Under the pieces are notes generated by a model. It made no database searches, had not been told where the DNA came from, and was given only the letters and a program-made list of their open reading frames with translations. Source: Antedon mediterranea (taxonomy: Eukaryota; Animalia; Echinodermata). From it: a stretch of 64,000 nt of DNA. Positions 12,239 to 25,680 of this stretch are shown piece by piece. How positions within the stretch are numbered: the first letter of the stretch is position 1; each line of letters opens with the position of its first letter. The stretch is taken from positions 14,220,101-14,284,100 of the forward strand of contig NC_092677.1 in the NCBI RefSeq assembly GCF_964355755.1. Direction: 5' to 3'. Both the position numbers and the translations under genes were made by a program.

Positions 12239-15200
12239 TTCACAGGTGAAATTATGCGAAGTATTTCCAAGAATCAAAATAAGAAACTTGGTATGATAGT
12301 TGTCTGCGACGGTGTACGCGGAGACACAGCGTCACTGCTAGGTCTCAGTGACGAATACATCCTTTGCTCTTGCAATGCATATGGTGCTATGGCTAGCCTG
12401 GACAGAATGTACCACAAACACGTTGCCGTCCCAGAGACTTCCAAACATAACTTTAAGCTAGACTTATCAGCGTTTGGTTCCGAGTATCGCCAGCCAGAAC
12501 TGAGTAAGCCTACGTTTAGGTTCAAAATATTTGGAACATATCGACATCGATACCTTACCTTGTCTTGTCCAAAGAATGGATCAAACGTTCTTCGTCAATT
12601 AAGGATTACCTCCGATTCATCAGTAAGTATTATAATCGACGTTATCAATCATTAATTGGTTTATATCTGTGCATCTCTTTCTATTCACTTTTCATAGATC
12701 TGAAGAAAAATGGAACACAGTTGTAACAGCTACAAGCGCCACAAATATAGAATGGCTTAAAACTCTTTTTAGTTAGAAATCTATACAATACATATTTTAA
12801 AAATAATAAGCCTACACAGCAAACAATTATAGATACAATTGGCAATTTCTACATAGTTGGTACTTTCCGTAATGATACCTCTATTTTCTTTTCACCATAC
12901 AGTAGGCCTATAGGCCTACATCATTTATAAAAGAATCATGATTTGTAAATGCACCGTTTTTTAAACCGACTTTTGATGTCACGTATATCTTGAAAATTTA
13001 TAAAACCAGTGACATAGGCCTATGACATTTTTTTAATCCTAATCTTAAAATAATGTCATATTTTATAAGATAATAATGTATTCATATGTTGTAAATATAC
13101 TATTATGTAAACATAGATGTTGACATTTGTACTTGTTATACTTGTTATTGTAAGCTGATGTAATCCATCTCCTTCTCTTGTTAATTGCCCCATGAGGGAT
13201 GAGAACATAGAGTTAATAATGATACTGTATAACAAAAAATTCGCATGATACTGAAGTAGATAACGGAGGCGCATGGCCGATAAAATGATTGTTTTTATTA
13301 TTGTTACTGTAGGTCTCAATGCAGGTAATTAGTTAGTTTAGCATACTGAAGACGAAACCAAACAAAATGTATATATGGACATAATACGAAATGAAACAAA
13401 CATTAGGCCTATGTAAAGTACAGATGTAGTTTACTTTCTTCAAGAACGATAAGATTCGTTTAAAAACAAGAACAATACAATCAAATAAACAAATAATAAT
13501 GAAAATTAACATCTCTTTACAGGTCATACGACATATCTTTCAAGAATCTTTCAATAGCTACAGAACAAAACACGAGAAGAAAATTTCAGATATGGAGGCA
13601 ATTAGTATGCACTGCAGTCGACGTATGACGGAAATCAAACTGTCGTACAGAAGGGAAAACGTAGCTCTTATTGAAGACGAAAATCTAATCGTGTCTGTTG
13701 AGGGCGACGCGACGCGCACAATTAACTTCCATACAGGTGAGTAAATTATTATTTTAACGGTATTTTGTCACGTGAATCTTTCTGACGTGCCAGATTGCAC
13801 ATACCTACGCGTTATTATTTTCTTACAACAGAAAATGTTGCCCTATGCTATGCATAATCATTCTATAAACATTATTAGCAAAACCTACCCAGAAACAATA
13901 CCCGAGTATAGGTCTATTACCTATAAATGACTATGGCTATTGAATGGCTTCTGGCCCGTTTTTATCACCATTAAAAATATAATACTATATTAATAGGCAT
14001 AACTATGCCAACAACACTGCTGTATATGGCTAAATACACGACGTCTATAGACAATTAAACGTCATTCACAGCCAGCATTTCTATTTTGCGTTGCTTATGT
14101 CTATAATGGTAAGGCCATTACGGCGCAATCTGATCAGAGTTCTGACAAAATTCGTTCTATTAAAAAGACCTCAACTAATAAGGCCATACATTATGATTTA
14201 GTTTATAGAAAAAATAATATTACTTGGTAATGTATACTGTATTTCACCTTTAGATTCATAGGATTGATGACAACTAGGCTCGACCTTTTTGGGGAACTAA
14301 CGCGGGTGAATTTGAACTCAAAACGCATGCTCAGTTAAATATTTTGTTAGCGCCACCAAAGAATAGTACGAACTCACTTATTTGTAAAATGGTTGTTGGA
14401 TGAACATGTAGGCTACAATTCAAAAACTGTAATTAACTTTTAACAGTGATATATACATGAACAAGCAAATGATCAACGACACAGATATAAATTACGTATA
14501 TCTAATTATAAACATTATCTTCAACTAAAATTATATACAGAATACAAACAGTGGTCAAATAATTGCAATAATACTTTTCTTGAATCATCGAGTTACATAC
14601 ATTTTATGGACAAAGATGATTGAAAACAAGCGTTAGTAAGATAAATATTGATAATCTGTTATTGTGACTGTCAATTTACTGAGGATAATGCAATGTCTAA
14701 TTTAATTATTTCTTTTGACGAGTAATTTTTTCCTACTTGTTTACGTTATGTATATATCTCCTATGCAGATGTACCATACCTATCTAAAGATGGTATATGG
14801 ATTTGCTTTAGCGTGAAAGAAGGTTATAAGTTAGATTAATGGGTTAAATGCTAAAGATTTTAATACGATTTACTTTCAAATACAATAAGCGCATTAAGAC
14901 GTATCAGTATCAGATAAAAATCTATAATAAATGCGTTTTCCTAATCAAAAGTTCAGCTGAAACATCAGAATCATACGTCAATGAATGAAAAACTACAGTA
15001 TTTTATTTAGAGTTCATTGAGATGACAAACAATTGTACGTATGAAATGTGCGTCGACCAGCAACTTTGGAATTAAAACTATACTAAAGTAGTTAGTGGAT
15101 TTTCCGAGAAGACTTATTGACTAAAACATGGACATAGGCCTATACGCGGTGCTTCCTGAAATCATCTGTATTGACCCATAATATTATTATTCAAAATACT

Positions 15201-15589
15201 AGTAAAAAAATGGCAAAATGTTGTATTTTGATATTACAAAAGTTATCGTCCTGTTTATCGTCTATTAATTTCCAGAAAATCAAACACATTGGTGACGTCA
15301 CAAAAGCTGAAATCTCGAGTTATCTATCTTGGTTATGTGTGGGAATATTCCAAAAGGCGCCCTCTGTCAGTATCTGCAATTTGTTTTTCATTATTTCTTT
15401 TCTTTTACAGGGTTTGAAGTAAATATGGGATTCCGAGGTTTAGAGAGTATACACCAGTTTATAACAGATATAACCATGGCCAACAAAAAAGACTTGCTTA
15501 TTGAAACACTCACGCAGAAAGTACGTCATTCGCAAAAAGTCGTAGATGAGTTCCTTCGGAATGGACTGTCAATACCGATACACGGATAA
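12239..15589 (+). CDS. FAD-dependent (class A / MICAL-like) monooxygenase-like protein, C-terminal half; 5' part unresolved or decayed
   Basis: Exons 12239(or 12246)-12622, 13523-13736 and 15411-15589 join in frame at GT-AG sites. They contain a DG fingerprint (MIVVCDG) and a GD fingerprint spanning a junction (SVEGDATRTINFHTG|FEVNMGF). Possible further exon at 11407-11476. Confidence 0.6.
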
Positions 15590-16487
15590 ACGTTTATGAT
15601 CACAACATTTGTATTATAAACTATTTAGTAGAGTATTATTTTCTTAAGTATGAACTATTAGTACAATATTTGTATAATTTTATAAACTATCTAACTATAG
15701 CGATGCATTTTCCTATTATAAGTCTGTCACTAATACAGGAGCAAGAGTGGGTGTTGGAGAGATGGACTAGGATATGTAAAATTATACAGTGTTCAGGCCT
15801 ATGTTGTGTTGTTCTAGTGTTCTAGTGTCCAGCCAGTGGTTTTTAAAAATCATGACACAAGGAATACAATGTTTTTAGATGCATTGGAACTTGGGGTTAC
15901 ACGAGTTTAACTTTACACACAAATTCAACACAAGAATATTGGGACGTTCAGAACAAAATTAAACTAAACTAATTAGCATACGGCAACTATTAATTGTTTA
16001 TGTCACAGTATGTCACAAACTGGTCAAATACAAATGTGACTATAGGCAGCTTGCGTTGCGTCATAGTGGGAATCAAACTTTATGTAGAATACTTTTGTTC
16101 TGTTATACGGTAATGTCAAATAATATTTTACACGATGACGTATAAAATGACGTGTTACACATAAATTGCAAATTTCGATTGTACGACGTGACGTCGACCA
16201 CAAGGCCTACAAAGTAAGAAGGTGACGTCATGCAATTAAGAAGTACCTATAGTTATGATTAGTCAGTGGTGAATAATGCACGTTATATTAGTATTCAATC
16301 CATACTTGTAATACTGCTTCACAATTCAAATCACGCCATGTTTATTACAAATTGACTTGTTCATATCAAAAAGAAATAGTAAAACAGTAGGCCTAAACAT
16401 GTCTACATTTTTATTTATGCACAATTAATTTGATATGACACGCTTACGCATTTTGGCGTACTAATGCCTATGTATTCCACTCGATAA

Positions 16488-16669
16488 AGCGTGGTTCCCG
16501 CTAGCGACGCAACACAAGGACGTAACGGCAACACGCAAGTGAATTGACCAATCACAAGCGATGGCTTATTCGCTTGTGATTGCTAACTGTCTATAACTTC
16601 GCTTGTCATTGGTTAAAAGGCTTGCGTTGCGTTTACGTCCCTGCGTTACGTTCTAGTGGGAACCAAGCT
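16488..16669. mobile_element. MITE, PIF/Harbinger (Tourist)-like
   Basis: TIRs AGCGTGGTTCCCGCTAG / CTAGTGGGAACCAAGCT, TAA on both flanks, extensive internal palindromy; end-fragment of the same family at ~16050-16080. Confidence 0.8.
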
Positions 16670-19600
16670 TAATCAGGCGATTTGCCGAATCTTTATACTT
16701 TACATGTACATTACGCTATATGAGATTGGCTAAAGGCAACGTTATATTACAATGTTATATTTTATGTAAAGATAGATAAAATAGCATTCCAGTGTTTATT
16801 ACCAAAAATAGTATATATTTGTCCTAATTATGGTTTGACAAGATCATTTTTTGCACATTTTCACAATATATCTTTGATACAGCCTATATTTTATAATCAC
16901 AATAATGGTGCAATATTGTATAATGTTTAGATTTGATAATTGTGATATATTTTGAAATAGTATGAAACGGTACAATTCCTTTATAATATATTTGTTCTTA
17001 GGAAAAAAAACACCTATTTAAGCTTGTTTGTAAGCACACGTTGTCGTTTGAATATATATTTATCGGTGACGTATTATTTGAAACTTTTTAAGAATGTAAT
17101 TTTCCGTTAACACCACATTAGTTAAATGTCGTATAATGCATATGTTACAAGGAAGTTTTAAAATTGTAGATACTAAATAACTGTCCTTATATCTTTATTA
17201 TTTTGTTACAACATTGTCGAGTTCTGATTTTTACATGACCTTTTTGTAGAAGGTTAGCTGTATGTTTAAACTTTGACATTTCAATGTTTTCAAAATATTA
17301 GCCAGTATAACACGTGTACATTTTTAGATACAGTATCTTGAATTGCATTCACCTGGTGATATATCAAATTTTGTGACGTAGTATTTGTCTCAAAATTTGG
17401 AACTGATAATAGGAGTTACAAAAAGATTGCATTGAATAAAGTTTTTTTTTTTCATTATCGCAAGTTTTTAGTTTAAATATTTGATATTCGAGTGTTCCTT
17501 GAATTCATTGAATATTTACAAATATTTAAGCCTATCTCTTAATAATTTGTTGTCTCGTTTTTAATTTCGATTCATCATATTGTTGTAAAATCTTCATTTC
17601 ATGTTGGTCATTTCTTTTTTATTTGTTACAACCCAAAGTAGTTGAACATAAGGTTATATTGTTCCTTAATCTCATGATATGTGTTTCAGATTTTCAGTAA
17701 GTCTCATCAAAGATGGATTGTCAGACTAAGTAGGCCCGGTGGTGCTATTTAAAATAATGCTTGTGTAAAATGTTTATTCATTGTTATTCCTGTTGCCATA
17801 GTTAAAATATTTGACGGATCAAAGCATACTTAAATGTTGTTTGATATTTGTCCGCAAAACGGGATGTTTACGTGAGATTTATATTATTGCTTAATAAAAA
17901 AAAATATTTCGAATGTGTGTAAATCATTTTCATTATTATGAGTATGCGAGATAAATAACAAAGTCCATGTATAAGCCAAAACATTCCATTAGTAGTAGAT
18001 GAATTTTGTATGCGTTTAAAGAATAAATACGCGTTGTTATGACCGGCTTTATCAACTAATCCAAGTAGGATAAATCATTTTGAGTGGACGTTTTTGGATT
18101 AAATTAAAACGTGTAGACACAGGCGCGTGTAGGAGGCCTACTAATTACACGATGGAAAGCATCCATATTTACCTTCACTTCACGTAAAGTATTAATAACC
18201 ATTACATTTTGTTCTCAATTGTGTAAAAAAACGCACCAGCACAGACTGAAAACCAAGAGCAATCTAACATGAGCTCCGGAGATCAAATGCTTTATCTGCG
18301 GCTGCGTCAAAATCAGTTCAATGCCTCTCGCCGCAGAGAATATGTACATTGTATAGTACCGTACTGTTCCTATCTTGGCAAGCACAAGTAATTTTAAATT
18401 GGTAAAACTGTGATTACATTTCTCTATACAATGTCTATAAATCGAACACTAATTTACATACTGTATAATATATGTTTGTAGACAACTTTTTTTGTTTAAT
18501 AACCTTATTCTGTGCGCGATGAAATAATCTAGTAATCTATGCTTTAATAACACATCGTAAATGAAAATTAAATCTCCGAATTTGCGTGTATTTAGTATCG
18601 AAAGTGTAATTCGTTAAGGTCGGTAGAAGTCAGATCATGAATAAAATTAATAAATACTTACTTTATCCATGGTCAGATATAATGAATGCTTAAAAAATAG
18701 GCCTACTGACGCAAGATCATCGGATAACTGCTTACTAAAGAAAAAAAAATTAATAAGACGATAGCAATCAAACCTCGCTTCAGGTATTAATGTGTAGGTT
18801 ATTGCCCAGACAAACAAGTGGAAATAATTATAAAATGAACTATTTTGGTACAATCTTTCATGAACTCTAATGAATATTTGTATACGATTAATAGTCACTT
18901 ACTGTTACTTGCAATTGTTGGTATTGATCTTGACCATTGATTCATAACTTATCAACAGCATATTGAACCGTTTTAATGTTTGGTTTGTTTTCAGAAGATT
19001 CTCGTCTGTCCTAATAACACACACAGCAAGGACTCTCTTTGCTAAGATTTAGATGACAATCTACTGTATCTATTTCATTTTTAATATACCTTACCATTTC
19101 TGTTTATTATTTTGTATTGTATTGCTATGGAGGAAAATGTCTTTTTGAATTGAAAAAGCAAAGCAAGAAAAATCTTGTGTCTCCTTATAAAACTTCGTTC
19201 AAATTGTAAAACATTTTACACCCCTACACTGTACTAGGCCCAGTCCATGCCCAGCTAACAATGCTATGTCGAAAAAACGTATCTGGTTTTGAAAATGTTT
19301 TAATATTATACATTTTAAAGACGTGCGTCTTGACTTTGCTTATTCGACACAATGAAAAATGTTTATTGAAATTTACCTGTTCAACTATGTTTGGTCAATG
19401 TGAACATGTGACTTGAACAAGTTTGTGGATGTCCATGAGCATAACACTGCGATTATGCAAATGGTTTATTCCATATGCCATTTTTTATGCATAAAACCTA
19501 CCAGACGTTGATGATGATGAATGTGTACAATTTGCATTAATAAAAAGATCTTGTAGACAAATAACAAGCACGAATGTGCGATACTCGGGGTATCGCAAAA

Positions 19601-20535
19601 GAAGCTGTAATAACGTCATAAGATAGGATGAGACATCACATACACATCAATAACCTCGGTACCAAATACGGCACCATCTTCAAAATGTCATATGGCATCC
19701 GGTTTGAAATAAAAAAAATCCGACTCTATAGCGTTGAGGACATGTCCCTGTAGTATATTCATGCAAAATCCCAGCTCAATACTACAACGAATAAGGAAGG
19801 AGTAGTACTTTATAAATCGCAATTTTTACTCAATAGTGTCGGATGGAGAAGATGAGAGAGTCCTGTTTTAAAAGCTGTTTAGTTAAAAATGTGTATACAG
19901 AAAAAAACGTTAGAATAGCGGCCGATTTGCAGGTAGTGGCTACAAAATAATTTGTAAATGTGTGGATAATTCCAATGTATTCTGTCTCTTGCTCTACAGA
20001 AATACAAACAAAAAATATTTAAAAAAAAAGTATTTAAATTTGAACTGTTGAATCAATACAATACAAGATATTAAGTCAGACATTAAGTTATTAATTCTGA
20101 CTTGGACTGCAGTCGTTGCTTCGCTTGTTTTTGTTTGGTCTTCCATCTCTTCTCTTTCAATTCATTCTAAACACAATCCTTTCTTACATTTGTATGCTTG
20201 AAAATACTAAAAGTTGCATGCTTACACTTTCATCAGGATGGGTCCGAACATAAAACATACAGTAGATACATTCTTGCAGCTACCAGAAAACGTTGAACAA
20301 CATTTGTATAACACTTAATTTTACACTAAACATATTTATAATGTTTTGTATTTTTAACCTAAACTTTAAATGCTGAAAACTCGTTTTGATTCTCTTTGAA
20401 ACACTGAAACAAGAAAGTACTACAACATAATAATAAAAATAAAGTACAATTAAATAAAACTCAACATGATAACTCTGTTCTTTCCAATTTGCAGGTTTAT
20501 TTTGAGTGAAGCATAAAATTTACAAATATACGAGT

Positions 20536-23500
20536 TTACTTCTTCTTCGTTTGTTTCTCTGCCTCAGCTTCTGCCTTTGCTTTAGCACGTTTAGCCCTGA
20601 TTCCGTGCAGCTTTGCGTTGGATCTTGCCATTCTTAGTGATTGGTACACGCTGTGTTTCTTCTCATCCTCGGTGACAGCACGTCGTTTCTCTCGTGTGAA
20701 AGTTTCTTTTATGGGCATAACTGGGCCATCAAGTTGTGTGGCAATCTTCAGATCAGCCTCCTAAAAGAAAAAGTATGAATATGGTGGTAAAGGCAAACAT
20801 ATTACACATAAACCGATACAAATTCACGTATGGTGCAGAGGTTGACATATAACATAAATACAAAAAGACACTTAGCACAAGGATCTTGCAGAAAGTGGCA
20901 TGCAAGAATGTTTTTGCACAAATTTGTGAACTTATGCACTTCATGGTCATTCAAATAGCACACAGTTCACCACATAATTTACATTACATTGTTTTTTGTT
21001 GTTCTTAATGATACATAGGTTGCAATAGTCTTTTTGTAAAGATCTGAAATCTGCAGAGTTTTAGTGTAAGCAAATAGAGATGTAGATGGGCCCTTTTTTC
21101 CAAATAAGAAGTCTGTTCAGTCTAGATGCGAGGCCTAGCTAGAAAAGTATATGCAGGCTATGGGATGTTAAAATAAAGTATTATAAATAAAAATCCATGT
21201 TCTTGTATTTTCTATCAATAAAACAGTTGCTGCTGCAAGAGAAATGCACATGTGTAGCTTGTCTCACAGCCTTGGGTTAGTGGTTTGTTAAATTGCACCA
21301 GGCCTCAATGTAAGAAAATACAGTTTACTCCACCTAAGTCGAATCTAATAGAACTGGTATAAAAATTTGAGCTATGCGAACTTTGATTTACAGATTTGTA
21401 AAAAATGCTAGGCCTAGAGCTATGTTCACTCACTAGCCGCGCTACGGCTAAACCTACTACAGTAGTAGACCCGTCGCGATCGGGGCCCATACGATGAGCC
21501 TTCTTGAATTGAGTTTTCTTAGCTAGGCCTAATAAATGCTAAGCCTCCTTTATCGGCATTGACAAACTGTATTTTTTTTATGGTTTAAGCCGTAACAATA
21601 AGAAAACGTAAAATAAATACATTTGACGGTTCTTATTCGAAATTCGAACAACTCACAGATATAATATACTAGCTCGAGTTATAGGACGCCGCCTATACTA
21701 TACAACCTGCTTGAGAGAACCGATATGGTCCCACATTATCACCTCTGTCGTTTGTTTATTGAATTAAGCTTTGTCGGCTTTTTTAGCGGGTTGTTGCCGC
21801 ATGATTTGTGACTTCGACTTATAGGATATAAATCACTAAAGATTGTATGTATTCAGGCCGCAAAAAGATGTTGACTTAGATGGATTTCGACTTACAAATA
21901 AAAATTACACAGGAGAGAATAAAAATTTGACTTTCGCGATTTTTCGACTTACCCGAAATCGACTGCAACACTATTTATGTAATAACTTTCTAAAAATGAT
22001 GACGTCATCGGTAATTTTATGAGTGCATACATTTTAGGAAACGTAAAATCAGGGTACTTAAAACAAAGGTTCTATTGTAAAACTGTAGTAAAAATGTAAA
22101 CATTTTATAGCCGTATACTAACCTCACTGTCTCCCTTCTTGGTAACTCCAGCCTTCCTTGGGAAAACGATCAATTTAGATCTATATTCCTTAAGGCGTTG
22201 TACATTGGCTTGCAGACCTTCTACAGACTTGTTTCGTCTTCTGTGATCTACAGAAATTCCTAAAGAACGAGCAGACTTCTTGTAGATTCCTGCAGCCTGT
22301 CAAAAAACATTTGGTGGTTAAATAAAATACATGTTTTCTGACAAATACTATGGATAACTACAAAGATAACAGGAAAAAGGCCACACCAGAGAGGGCTCAA
22401 TACTTGTACTAGTTTGCTACAGGATTTGCAATAACATTGGCATCTAGTTATCATTGATTCAAAGATAGGACCCCTTTAACAATTGGGCTTTGCATTCAGT
22501 ACAGCTAAAATTGTGGGGTGTCTAGAAAACTCAGATATATGAGTTTTCTAGATCTAGAAAAGTCAGATATCTGACTTTTCTAGATCTAGAAAACTTGGAT
22601 ATTTATTTGAGATCCGAGTCTAGAAAACTCAGATATATCGGAGATCAGAGTTTTCTAGACACCCAAAATTGTGTGATGAATCGTGACTTTTTACACAGGA
22701 CGGGTCAGAAAAAAAAATATACCCATAAATAAAACACTTTTGCTACCAGGCCCACGAAAATATACCCTGTAAATGTGGCAACTCCCCATGGAAATATGGG
22801 GAGGTTGGTTGAATATTAATATTAACCAACTCATATGGTTTAATGAATATGAACCAGGTAGCCTGGTTTCCAGTGGACGCAAGACTTGCTTCCGCTTACG
22901 TCGTTTTCTTACGATTACGCTTGCGTTCCGATCAGTTGACCAAAAACTAACGTCGATAAAAAATTGTCATAATCGCGTTGGACCGCAACGATTAAGACTA
23001 TTACATGTGCTGATTTCGTCTTTACGAAAGTTGAATTTATCGCAAAGTCTGTCCTTTACGTCGAGTTGAATTTTTTTTCTTGCAATTACGATGCATGACG
23101 CGGAATATAGGAATTTATTCTGATTGATTCTCAAATTCTGTAGATGATGGCATCTTGTGAAACGATTTCCACATAAAAACTGGACGGGGTAGGCCTACAT
23201 CCGCATTGTAAAATTGAGCAAGAAAATACCTTAATCCTTTGATTTGTGAAATAATTGAAATGATATGATACTAATCATTTATTTTCATCATCAAACATCA
23301 AATTATAATAGGCCTATACATTCGTTTAGATTCAAGAAAACTTTCATGAATACTGAATTTGTAGGTCTACATACAATTGCTTATTCCAACAATACTGTAC
23401 ACTACGGTGAAGAGTCAATAAATATTTATTATAGGCCTATTATTAATATGTTATCCATCCTGTCTGCATTCTATACAATAATTCCAACAATACCGTACAC

Positions 23501-24722
23501 TACGGTGAAGAGTCAATAAATATTTATTATAGGCCTATTATTAATACGTTATCCATCCTGTCTGCATTCTATACAATAATTCCAACAATACCGTACGCTA
23601 CGGTGAAGAGTCAATAAAAATTTATTATATTATTAATATATTATCCATCCTACCTTCATTCTACAATGAAAACAAAATTCATTACGTAATTCTTCCCTCT
23701 TATCTGCTATACGAGGCTTTTGAGTGCAAACTTTGTTAGTTGAATCGTATTTTTATCCAATTCTTCTTATATGTCACTGTTCTCTAACCATTTAATATTT
23801 TAGCTGGCCATATTTTAAATTGTTTTGATATTTTAGTAGCATTTGCATGTTATCCTATTAGTGTGGTTTAGCCTTATTTTACCCATCATGTTATCATTTT
23901 TCTATTTTTTTAATTCATTATTTCTATAAAGTGATAAGCAAGACTTTATAGTTCGCAGAGCTATTTCGTAATATTGTGCTTTATAATTATTATTTAGGCC
24001 TACGTATTATTTTATAATGTATATTCCCATATACAGTACTTCCTCATTGCCTCTTTGTACTGTATTTTACCTATGGATGCTTGCCAACATCACATAATCC
24101 CCGTCACTGATTGGCTAGTTCTTACGATCGTTGGGCTTGCGCTTACGAAAGTTAGACTTCAAGCCAACTTTCGTAAGCGTAATCGTAAGGGTGTAAAGTC
24201 GCATCGTAAGGCATGTTCATCCAGAAATTCACCGGTTTCCTGTCGAACCGTCGAATATTACGCAACAGACGGAAGCTTCAGTCACCGGTTTCCTGTCAAA
24301 GACCTGTACTACGACGATTTTTACTTGCGTTGTGTCGTTTTGACATTTAGCCTTTTTTCAATCGGTTTCCTGTCGATTTTCAATTTCCAATGTAAAAACG
24401 ACGCAATCGTAAGAAATTCAAATTTCTTACGTCGACTGGAGACCAGGCTTTACTAGTTTGCATTTGCTGTGCTTACCTTAAGTTCTTCAAGTGAAAATCC
24501 TCGGCCAGTCCTTACTTTTGTGTGATATTTGAAAGTAGGACATCGTACTGCAGGTCTCAAGGGGCCAGCAGCTGGTCTTGGTGCAACAACCTTAGCCTTC
24601 TTGATTCTGTTGTTGTGACGACGTTGTTTACGTGCAGGCTGGTTAAACCAAGTTTTCACCCTGTTAGCCCAGTCCTTACGCAAATGGATGTTTGGAATGA
24701 CATTATTCCTTTTTTTAGCCAT
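20536..24722 (-). CDS. RPL13: 60S ribosomal protein L13 (eL13), 214 aa
   Basis: Exons 24722-24477, 22296-22123, 20760-20536: [37 protein letters not shown]|[57 protein letters not shown]. Confidence 0.98.
21321..21965. mobile_element. Degenerate Tc1/pogo(Tigger)-type non-autonomous DNA element in RPL13 intron 3
   Basis: TA|CAGT..TAAGTCGAA left end; TTCGACTTA..CGACTG right end with repeated TTCGACTTA subterminal motifs. Confidence 0.5.
22516..22664. mobile_element. MITE with 9-bp target-site duplication (Mutator-like)
   Basis: TIRs GGGTGTCTAGAAAACTC / GAGTTTTCTAGACACCC; AAAATTGTG duplicated at 22507-22515 and 22665-22673; interior built from TCTAGAAAA.TCAGATAT palindromes. Confidence 0.85.
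22860..24449. mobile_element. 1.6-kb non-autonomous TIR DNA transposon in RPL13 intron 2
   Basis: TIRs AGCCTGGTTTCCAGTGGACGCAAGA / TCTTACGTCGACTGGAGACCAGGCT; CpG-rich subterminal TTACGA repeats; no transposase ORF; TSD not clean. Confidence 0.7.
23384..23665. repeat. Tandem repeat, 98-bp unit, ~2.9 copies
   Basis: TTCCAACAATAC..CTACGGTGAAGAGTCAATAAA..TTATCCATCCT repeated at ~23384, 23482 and 23580. Confidence 0.9.
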
Positions 24723-24850
24723 CTGTAAATAATTTAAGAAACATAATCAATGCAGGATATATTTTATTGTAACACATTAACTATAAATATAATATTAAAG
24801 TATTAAACAAAAATAATCCAATTAAACATCATAAACTATTACTAACGATA

Positions 24851-24920
24851 CGTTCCTAAATAAAAAACTTGTTCCTAAATATAAAACTTGTCCTAAATAA
24901 TAAAACTCGTCCTAAATAAA
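24851..24920. repeat. Minisatellite, ~19-bp unit x4
   Basis: (G)TCCTAAATA..AAAACT repeated. Confidence 0.7.
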
Positions 24921-25652
24921 ATAAAAATTATCAGAGAATAGATCCCGCAAAGACTAGGTATTAACATCAATGCTTTCATAGTGCCCTCTATAATTACCGT
25001 ACCTTTAGAGTTTATAAGTATGGATAAGATTCTGTCATGGCGATGATAAATAATGAATGCAGTTATACTCTACAGTATATTCTAAAAGGTACAGTAACTA
25101 TTTAGACCTAGTCTAGGCTTCCTCTGCAAGTCATTTAAAAAGACAGATCTGATAATACTCTCACTGCACTAGGCCTAGCACTAGTAGGCCTAGAATTCAG
25201 TCTAGACCTACTACTAGGCTGGTGGTAAACAAAACTAAAGTACTGCTGTAGCCTACCTTTTCTAGGTATTCAAATTACCTTCCATTCAGGCTTAGGCTAG
25301 GCCTAGTTCAATGTAAATATAAGACTAGGCCGACACACGCATGCATATATACTTAGTTAGTAGGCTAGGTCTAACTTGTATACTATTTATCGAGCAGGTC
25401 TCCAAGACCAGGAATACCCAGAGCTGGCAAGTAAGGATTTCCTCACTCCATAATCCCTTTCCACAGTACAGTGTAACCAAACGAGAAACAAATGATTTTC
25501 ACGTACAGAAATTATATAATAACTAAAATAAAGCTTAAAATGTATTCTAAAATATATATCAAATGAGCTAAACCTATTTCTAGCACATGATTATGTATAT
25601 GAATGTAAGAAAATCTAAGATTTCAGGACCAATATAAAATCACGATAATAAC

Positions 25653-25680
25653 CTTTAGGCCTTAAAGTTAAAAGAGGAAG
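25653..25680 (-). promoter_or_regulatory. RPL13: RPL13 non-coding first exon with TCT initiator / 5'TOP tract
   Basis: Minus strand reads CTTCCTCTTTTAACTTTAAGGCCTAAAG|GTTATT. The RPL13 ATG directly follows an acceptor (ACAG|ATG), so an upstream exon is required. Confidence 0.75.

Noticed and set aside
20165-20250. Hammerhead or C/D snoRNA around minus-strand CCTGATGA
   Set aside because: GAAA does not follow stem II, there is no stem III/UH, and there is no downstream D box
24055-24456. 133-aa ORF as a transposase
   Set aside because: Lies in subterminal repeats of a non-autonomous element; no DDE or DNA-binding motif
20761-25652. SNORD68-like C/D snoRNA expected in RPL13 introns
   Set aside because: No RTGATGA...CTGA pair with terminal stem or recognisable rRNA antisense element found by eye
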